63,784 nt of DNA from Candidatus Symbiothrix sp. (GTDB taxonomy: Bacteria; Bacteroidota; Bacteroidia; Bacteroidales; Azobacteroidaceae): positions 1 through 63,784 of the forward strand of contig JAISUM010000023.1 of assembly GCA_031272095.1 (NCBI GenBank). Reading direction: 5' to 3'. Position 1 is the stretch's first letter; the number at the start of each line of letters is the position of its first letter. The translations under genes were made by a program, and so were the position numbers. Positions 57,424 through 63,784 of this stretch are shown here, in pieces. Below the pieces are notes generated by a model. It was not told the DNA's origin. It worked only from the letters and a program-made list of their open reading frames with translations, and ran no database searches.

Positions 57424-59265
57424 ATGCAAAAATTATGTTTTAAGAAAATCTTATGGCTCGGCAGTCTGTTTGCCGCAGCATTTTTTGTGTGTACCGGTTG
57501 CAACAAACGACCGGCTGTGATCGAACATCCTGTCTTTGATGTTTGGAATTCTACTACGCTCGAAATCGCTCAAATAGAATTGAACGATTCGGCAACTGTC
57601 TTGCACATCGAAGCTTACTATCGCGCCGGCTCTTGGATTCGGATCGACGAAGCATCGTATTTGACGCCTTCCAACGACCATACGCGGAAGTTTCCCGTCG
57701 TCAGCGCCGAAGGCATCGAACTGTCGAAAGAAATACTTATCCCCGACTCCGGCAAAGTAGCTTTTAAACTGTATTTTCCGGCAATACCCGCCGACGTCAA
57801 GAAAGTTGATTTCTATGAAAGCGACTGCGAACAGTGTTTCAAGATTTGGGGTATCGCGCTGACCGACAATGCCAAAACGGCAATCCTTCCTGCGCCGAAA
57901 ACAAAACCTTTGGCTGCCTTGCCGACTATCGCTTACTCCAACACGCCGGCAAAAATCAGCGGACGCTTGGCTGGCTATACGCCCGATATTTTCGCTGCCA
58001 AAGGTATCAAACTGTCTTTCAATGACATACTTTCCGGTGAAAACAAAGACATTACGCTGACATTAGCCGACGACGGCAGTTTTACAGGCGAAATTCCGGT
58101 GCATTTCCCGACTATCGTACAAACAGCTGACGCGGAATTTCTCGTCGTTCCGGGTCAGGAAACCAAACTCACGGTGGATCTATGCAAACAAAGCCGCTGG
58201 AAATCCCGCATCCGCGCCGACAAACAACCAAGCGATTCAAACTATCTCTATGTCGATAATGGATTGGCAGCAAACAAAATCCCTACCTTGTTCGGCGAAG
58301 CCTTCGGAAAAATCCCCAACGATATCACGCCTGAAGATTTTTCCAAATTCATTTCGGAACAACTCAGCCTCAAACTCGAAGAAGTACAACAGATCAGCAA
58401 TCCCGTAGAAAAAACATTAGCAGCAGGCTATATCAAAACACAAGCCGCCTACGCACTGTTGATGTACAAATCGGTGAACCGCAATGCCATCGGCATTCAA
58501 CTTCCGATGTCTTATTACGCTCCATTAAAAGACTGGATATCAGACATTAGCATAGTATCTGACGTTTATTCGCCGTTCCTGAAAGCATTTGTCTCCACGT
58601 TGGCTCCGGCAACAACAGACATCAAAGAAAAATTTGACGCCTTCAAAGCCGCCGCCACACCCATCATCGGCGAACAAAACCTGCTTTTCGACCTCGCGCT
58701 GACACAACTCTACGTCGCCAAACAACAAACGACGCCATTCGACGACGCTGCTTTGGCTGAGATTCAGACTGCTTTTGCGCATGCGCCCCAATATGCCGAA
58801 TGGCTGACCGCCCAAAATGAGCATATCAAACAACAGTTGGCAAGCATCGCTTCACTCTCCAAACCCGTACCCGACGTTGCCGACGACAAAGTTTTGGACG
58901 CAATCATCGCCAACTACAAAGGCAAACGGGTAATGGTCGATTATTGGGCTACTTGGTGCGGACCCTGCCGTCAAGCAATGGAAACCATCAAACCGGTCAA
59001 AGCCGAATACGCCGACAGCGACGTGGTTTTCGTCTATCTGACCAGCCCCTCTTCAAAAGCAGTTCTGTGGGCGGAAATGATTCCAAATATTCACGGCGAA
59101 CATTACTGGTTGAGCACATCGCAATGGAAATATATCTGCGATAAATTCGCTATCAGAGGCATCCCTACTTATCAAATTTATAATAAGGAGGGCAAATTGA
59201 CCAAACAGTACACCGGCTATCCGGGCAACGACGAAATTAAGAATATCTTGGAATCGGTACGATAA
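57424..59265 (+). CDS. TlpA-family thioredoxin-like lipoprotein
   Basis: Lipobox CTGC and C-terminal DYWATWCGPC...GIPTY. Confidence 0.88.
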   Translation: MQKLCFKKILWLGSLFAAAFFVCTGCNKRPAVIEHPVFDVWNSTTLEIAQIELNDSATVLHIEAYYRAGSWIRIDEASYLTPSNDHTRKFPVVSAEGIELSKEILIPDSGKVAFKLYFPAIPADVKKVDFYESDCEQCFKIWGIALTDNAKTAILPAPKTKPLAALPTIAYSNTPAKISGRLAGYTPDIFAAKGIKLSFNDILSGENKDITLTLADDGSFTGEIPVHFPTIVQTADAEFLVVPGQETKLTVDLCKQSRWKSRIRADKQPSDSNYLYVDNGLAANKIPTLFGEAFGKIPNDITPEDFSKFISEQLSLKLEEVQQISNPVEKTLAAGYIKTQAAYALLMYKSVNRNAIGIQLPMSYYAPLKDWISDISIVSDVYSPFLKAFVSTLAPATTDIKEKFDAFKAAATPIIGEQNLLFDLALTQLYVAKQQTTPFDDAALAEIQTAFAHAPQYAEWLTAQNEHIKQQLASIASLSKPVPDVADDKVLDAIIANYKGKRVMVDYWATWCGPCRQAMETIKPVKAEYADSDVVFVYLTSPSSKAVLWAEMIPNIHGEHYWLSTSQWKYICDKFAIRGIPTYQIYNKEGKLTKQYTGYPGNDEIKNILESVR

Positions 59266-59284
59266 GCACCGGATTCCGTCAAGT

Positions 59285-60466
59285 ATGATTTACGAAATTA
59301 AAGCGCCCGCCACCATACAGACGTCCGTCAGACTTCCGGCGTCGAAAAGTATCAGCAATCGGGCTTTGATTTTGAACGCATTGAGTAAGAGTCGCTATCC
59401 GATTGATAATCTGTCGGATAGCGATGATACTTATGTCTTGCGCCAAGCTTTATCCGCCGATGCCGACCAAGTCGATATCGGCGCAGCAGGTACGGCGATG
59501 CGTTTCCTGACTGCCTTTTTTGCACAATCGGACGGCGACCGACTGCTGACCGGCACCCCGCGAATGAAACAACGCCCCATCGCCATCCTGGTCGATGCCT
59601 TGCGCGAACTGGGCGCTAATATTCGTTACACCGAAAAAGAGGGTTTTCCACCCCTGCATATTCACGGACAAAAACTCTCGGGTGGCGAAATCTGTCTGAA
59701 CGGAGGCGTCAGTTCACAATATATTTCCGCGCTGATGATGATTGCTCCCTGCCTCCGACAAGGCTTGAGTTTGCACCTCGAAAGCAATATCGTTTCTCGC
59801 CCCTATATCCGTATGACCGCCGGACTGATGGCAATTTTCGGCGTCAAAACCGATTGGCACGACAATGTGATTCGCATCGCACCGCAAAGCTACACGCCCG
59901 TTCCGTTTCGCGTCGAAAGCGACTGGTCGGCAGCGTCTTACTGGTACGAAATTCAAAGCTTGATGCCTCATGCGCAGGTCGATCTGCAAGGCTTGGAAAA
60001 AGACAGTCTGCAAGGCGACGCCCAAACGCCAATCATTTTTTCGGCAATGGCGCAAGCAAAAAACAGCTTTATTTATGATTTTACGGATGTGCCTGATTTG
60101 GCGCAAACTTTGGTCGTAACATGCTGTCTCACCGGCAAAACGTTTCGTTTTTCAGGCTTGCAAAGTCTGCGCATCAAAGAAACCGACCGTATGACAGCTT
60201 TGCAAAACGAACTGAAAAAATTAGGTTATCTCATTCATATAGAATCAGATAGCGAATTGTCGTGGAAGGGAGAACATTGCGAAGCGTCGCTCCAACCGGC
60301 GACCATAGCCACTTACGAAGACCACCGGATGGCGATGGCATTTGCGCCCGCTTGTCTGAAAACAGGCGCCGTTCGCATTGCCGACCCGCAAGTTGTCAGC
60401 AAATCGTATCCGCATTACTGGGACGATTTACGCGCCGCCGGATTTAAAATTACCGAAATCGCATGA
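59285..60466 (+). CDS. aroA: 3-phosphoshikimate 1-carboxyvinyltransferase (EPSP synthase)
   Basis: ASKSISNRAL, AAGTAMRFL, SSQYISAL, LRIKETDR, DHRMAM and KSYP. Confidence 0.95.
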   Translation: MIYEIKAPATIQTSVRLPASKSISNRALILNALSKSRYPIDNLSDSDDTYVLRQALSADADQVDIGAAGTAMRFLTAFFAQSDGDRLLTGTPRMKQRPIAILVDALRELGANIRYTEKEGFPPLHIHGQKLSGGEICLNGGVSSQYISALMMIAPCLRQGLSLHLESNIVSRPYIRMTAGLMAIFGVKTDWHDNVIRIAPQSYTPVPFRVESDWSAASYWYEIQSLMPHAQVDLQGLEKDSLQGDAQTPIIFSAMAQAKNSFIYDFTDVPDLAQTLVVTCCLTGKTFRFSGLQSLRIKETDRMTALQNELKKLGYLIHIESDSELSWKGEHCEASLQPATIATYEDHRMAMAFAPACLKTGAVRIADPQVVSKSYPHYWDDLRAAGFKITEIA

Positions 60467-60804
60467 AACTGAAAAATCTCTTTCAATCGGATACGCGCAC
60501 CGGCGGCGACCCCTTTGCACGAGACGCCGACGAAGCTTGTTGCGGACAACACGCCGTCTGCCTCAAAGACCGTTTGCAACAAGCCGTTACGCAGGAAATC
60601 ATCTACTACGACGATGAAGAATTAGACGCATTCCGATACCGCGCAGCCGACACTTATACCGACGACGAGATCGCCCAATTTGAAGAAGTGTTGCATACCA
60701 TGCTGCCCGAAGATGTAACAGGTTGGCTGTGCAGCCTTCAGATGCGCGGCATCGAATTGCCCGATGCACTCAAATCGGAAGTGATATTACTGATAGACAA
60801 TTAA
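60463..60804 (+). CDS. Conserved Bacteroidales hypothetical protein
   Basis: CCGQHAVC...YYDDEELD...W..SLQMRGIELP motif. Confidence 0.8.
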   Translation: MKLKNLFQSDTRTGGDPFARDADEACCGQHAVCLKDRLQQAVTQEIIYYDDEELDAFRYRAADTYTDDEIAQFEEVLHTMLPEDVTGWLCSLQMRGIELPDALKSEVILLIDN

Positions 60805-60810
60805 ACGACA

Positions 60811-61728
60811 ATGATTAATTTTATACTGATATTTCTTTGTATTTCAGCAGGTTTCGTGATGTCGCGCACAAAAATGTTGCCTGCCGATGCCCACAAAAGC
60901 GTCAATGCCTGGATACTTTACATCGCTTTGCCTGCGCTTTCCTTGCGCTTTGTTCCGGCAATCGAATGGAGCAGCGATATTCTGTTTCCGATACTCGTTC
61001 CGTTTGTGGTTTGGGGCGGTGCGTGGCTGTTTGTGCATCTGTATGACCACAAAAAACGCCTGTCGGCAGGCTCACATACGGCTTTGTTCATCACTTGCGG
61101 GCTGGGCAATACGGCATTTATAGGTTTCCCGATGATTGCCGCTTTCTATGGCGAATCGGAAATTCATCACGCCGTTGTGATCGATCAGCTGACTTTCATT
61201 TTATTTGCAACATTAGGCGTCATCACTATTTTACGCACTGCCTCCGAACAATCGCACAAAGTCAGCGTAGCCTCCGTGTTGAAAAAAGTGTTTCGTTTTC
61301 CGCCCTTCGACGCCTGTATTTTGGCGCTGATATTGCCGCATTTCTTCGATATTTCCATCATCAATCCCTTGTTAGACAAATTGGTAGCCACCATGTCGCC
61401 GATGGCATTGTTTTCTATCGGCTTACAACTGAAATTGGGCGCTTTCAAACAAGAATGGCGCTTGGTGTCGGCTGGTCTGTTTTACAAATTACTGCTTGCG
61501 CCTTTTCTCGTGCTGTTGGTGGCGCTCGTCCTCCATTCCAAAGGCAAAATGGCAAGCATCGGCGTATTCGAAGCGGGTATGTCGTCGCACATCACCGCAA
61601 GTTTATTGGCAAGTCAATACAACCTGAATCCACGCTACTGCTCGCTGGTGGTCGGAATGGGAATTTTGTTGAGTTTTATCACGTCGGCGGGCTGGTATTT
61701 TGCCACCGGACTGCTACTTGTCGAATAA
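60811..61728 (+). CDS. AEC (auxin efflux carrier) family transporter
   Basis: ~10 TM segments with ALPAL, GNTAFIGFP and PMALFSIG. Confidence 0.88.
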   Translation: MINFILIFLCISAGFVMSRTKMLPADAHKSVNAWILYIALPALSLRFVPAIEWSSDILFPILVPFVVWGGAWLFVHLYDHKKRLSAGSHTALFITCGLGNTAFIGFPMIAAFYGESEIHHAVVIDQLTFILFATLGVITILRTASEQSHKVSVASVLKKVFRFPPFDACILALILPHFFDISIINPLLDKLVATMSPMALFSIGLQLKLGAFKQEWRLVSAGLFYKLLLAPFLVLLVALVLHSKGKMASIGVFEAGMSSHITASLLASQYNLNPRYCSLVVGMGILLSFITSAGWYFATGLLLVE

Positions 61729-62739
61729 TTTGTCTAAGTCGAATGTGGCGTACAAAGCTTGTTCGTGATAGAGTTTGTGTTCCGTAAGGTGCAGAGAATA
61801 AACGAGTTTTACTTGCGCAAGGTCTGTTTTGATAAAACGATAATACAAATCGCTGCGGTTGTATTTTTCGGAATGATACAAAGGATCTCCCCAATAGAGC
61901 CTCGAGCCGTATTCGCCGTAAAAAACCTGCTGACCGCCGCCCAAATAACAGCTGTTGAACAATCCGACACCGCACTTTTCTATCCTTATTTCCGACAACA
62001 AACCTTGCGGCGTGTGCCATTGATGTGCCAATCTGTCCCGCTCTAAAGCTACCGCCCATCCGACATTGACGTCTAATAGATCCAAACCGATCATCGCCGA
62101 CAAATCTACACCTAATTGTGTCAATATCAATCCGTTATCGTGCACAGCGTCATGAACCGACGGATCATCTATGCCGGCGTAATGAAACATATAGCCGAAA
62201 TGTTGCGCATAGAGCCACGAGGGTTGAAACCTCCCTGACCACGCCATAAAAAAACTTTCATGCTGTGTGAAACTTTTGCGTCCCGTCCAATCGAGCCAAG
62301 CATTAATGAAATGTTTCTTCTGTGAATATTCCAACAAAAAACCATTGACAACCGGACGATAATTGTTGATCGAATCCTGAAAAAACATTCGCGGATAGCG
62401 GTCGATTGATCCGCGACGCGGAAAAGCGCCCATCAAAAACCGCAAAAGCTTGCCGTCATATTCATAATACGCGATCAGGTCTGAAAAATCAATGATTTGC
62501 GAAGAACCGAACTCGTGCAAAACATCAAAACCGGCATAAACACGGTGTTTGTCCGCATACTGCAAGCCGATTTCGGGCGCCAAATGTACGCCAGCCATTG
62601 TTTGAGCGGTTTGTAAGGCTGATCCCGAAAATTCTGTGTTATCGAAAAAAGAATGTACTCCGGCTTTCCAAACCCAATCTTGGGCATCACTTGCCGCCGA
62701 ACAGCAACACAGAGAGAACAATAGGATAAAGTTTTTCAT
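61714..62739 (-). CDS. Hypothetical outer-membrane beta-barrel protein
   Basis: Signal peptide, FFDNTEF, GAFPR, WLDWTG and YWGDP. Confidence 0.75.
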   Translation of the reverse strand: MKNFILLFSLCCCSAASDAQDWVWKAGVHSFFDNTEFSGSALQTAQTMAGVHLAPEIGLQYADKHRVYAGFDVLHEFGSSQIIDFSDLIAYYEYDGKLLRFLMGAFPRRGSIDRYPRMFFQDSINNYRPVVNGFLLEYSQKKHFINAWLDWTGRKSFTQHESFFMAWSGRFQPSWLYAQHFGYMFHYAGIDDPSVHDAVHDNGLILTQLGVDLSAMIGLDLLDVNVGWAVALERDRLAHQWHTPQGLLSEIRIEKCGVGLFNSCYLGGGQQVFYGEYGSRLYWGDPLYHSEKYNRSDLYYRFIKTDLAQVKLVYSLHLTEHKLYHEQALYATFDLDKLFDK

Positions 62740-62758
62740 GTGAATGTTTTGAAAGAAG

Positions 62759-62831
62759 AGCCACTGACGAGACTCGAACTCGTGACCTGCGCGTTACGAA
62801 TGCGCTGCTCTACCGACTGAGCTACGGTGGC
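62759..62831 (-). tRNA. tRNA-Thr(CGT)
   Basis: GCCACCGTAGCTCAGTCGGTAGAGCAGCGCATTCGTAACGCGCAGGTCACGAGTTCGAGTCTCGTCAGTGGCT folds as a cloverleaf. CCA is not encoded. Promoter box at ~62850-62857. Confidence 0.93.
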
Positions 62832-62936
62832 TTGTTGCTTTCGAGTGTGCAAAGGTAATATAAATATTTGAAAATAAAAAGCAGATACTTGAAATTTGCG
62901 AAATTTTATGTACATTTGCAGTCTAAATTGCTCTTA

Positions 62937-63784
62937 ATGAAATACGGCAACATCCGCGAAGAAGAACTGAAAAACAAAGTCGCACACGACTTTTTCAAAG
63001 GCTTTGATTGCACCGAAATCAAAGGGTGCATCGATTTTGCCGTAGCCCCCCTTAATCCCCCCACAGGGGGGAATTTCCCCTCCCCTTGCGGGGGAGGCCG
63101 GGAGGAGGCTATACTTTGGGCAGAAGCCAAATCACGCCCAACCGACCTTTTCGCGATGTTTGCCCAACTGATTCTCACTATCGGCAAGGCGCGGACTTTC
63201 GACAAAATTATGCCGCCAAAGTTTCTCGGCGCCTTCGACAGCGAAAAAATCGCCTTCGTGCCGTATTACGAAATTCAGGAACTTTTCTATCTCAACGATT
63301 TCAATTGGAACGTAACATCTTCAAATACAGCGACAAAAGAGTTTCAACTGATTAAGACAAAAGTCGAAAACGCTCTGACCGCCGCCCCCTGGCAAACGTT
63401 TCTGTTTTATTTCGAGAAAGACGAAAAAGAACTTCGGCGTTTTATCAAGGAGAATTTCACAAACCGTCATTGCGGGCTTGACCCGCAATCCCCCGTAAAA
63501 CTGCGAATCGACAAAAACAATTTCAAAATCATTTTCAATAAATGGGCTGAAAGCGTGATGCCTACGATTGCGGTGGATTGGGAAAAAGCAAAGAAAAACG
63601 GAATTATTGCGGGCGATTTTTATTTGGCTGATTTGCTTTCGGAAAACAACAAAACGTTGAAAGAAAAACTTTTTGTCTTACTGCAAAACAATTTTTACGA
63701 AATTGACCGCCATTTGAACGAAATGGAGTTTTTCACTTCTTCGCGTGTTGTATTTAAAGATAAACAAAAGGCGCACAATGCTTT
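62937..63784 (+). CDS. Putative type IIG restriction-modification enzyme, N-terminal part (runs off window end)
   Basis: Open frame MKYGNIREEELKNKVAHDFF...IDFAV...LWAEAK (PD-(D/E)xK-like)...AQLILTIGKARTFDK...NDFNWNV...DFYLADLLS, resembling the Borrelia BBE02-like family from recall. Not in the ORF track. TACATTTG box at 62911. Confidence 0.65.
   Translation, partial: MKYGNIREEELKNKVAHDFFKGFDCTEIKGCIDFAVAPLNPPTGGNFPSPCGGGREEAILWAEAKSRPTDLFAMFAQLILTIGKARTFDKIMPPKFLGAFDSEKIAFVPYYEIQELFYLNDFNWNVTSSNTATKEFQLIKTKVENALTAAPWQTFLFYFEKDEKELRRFIKENFTNRHCGLDPQSPVKLRIDKNNFKIIFNKWAESVMPTIAVDWEKAKKNGIIAGDFYLADLLSENNKTLKEKLFVLLQNNFYEIDRHLNEMEFFTSSRVVFKDKQKAHNA
63044..63110. repeat. GC-rich double-hairpin element read in frame within the CDS
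   Basis: AGCCCCCC..TCCCCCC-ACA-GGGGGGA..CCTCCCC-TTGCG-GGGGAGG..GGAGGCT. Confidence 0.75.
63465..63493. repeat. REP-like palindrome read in frame within the CDS
   Basis: CGTCATTGCGGGCTTGACCCGCAATCCCC has the same ends as the intergenic element at 28586-28634 (reverse strand). Confidence 0.8.

Noticed and set aside
62759-63784. R-M gene as part of a tRNA-integrated island
   Set aside because: The gene lies on the 5' side of the tRNA and is divergent from it. No duplicated tRNA 3' end or integrase is visible in the window.
1-63784. Alternative genetic code or programmed frameshifts
   Set aside because: All recognisable genes are intact under code 11 with normal stops, and no split conserved gene was seen.

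Overview
Chromosomal window from a Bacteroidales bacterium, judged from the gene content and the recurring TAnnTTTG -7 promoter boxes. Housekeeping blocks are prfA (5' end), pnp, aroK, maeB-recF-DUF721, ftsB-like-trmH, rlmN-ppiD-lptC-OMP-coaX, korAB, tlpA, aroA, an AEC transporter and tRNA-Thr(CGT). They are interrupted by two small accessory islands. The first (9.1-13.2 kb) holds a lipoprotein, a chimeric fasciclin protein and a DUF4160/DUF2442 TA-like pair. The second (19.3-20.3 kb) is a ParE-like TA cassette bracketed by two orphan copies of the groEL 3' tail. The dominant feature is a ~26 kb minus-strand locus (28.6-54.1 kb). It encodes three fasciclin lipoproteins, two SusC/SusD pairs, a nearly empty T9SS-CTD mini-protein, a DUF5077/DUF3472+F5/8C protein, and two paralogous T9SS cargo proteins built from alternating QxW/WYYIQF lectin-like and Ig-like repeats. 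It has no recognisable CAZyme or regulator inside, and a candidate sRNA sits at its head. GH97 and GH2 genes lie nearby. REP-like palindromes are abundant, including a ~460 bp patchwork and two copies read in frame inside a putative type IIG R-M gene at the right edge. No CRISPR array, rRNA, transposase, integrase or reverse transcriptase was seen. All family assignments come from motif recognition, not database searches.
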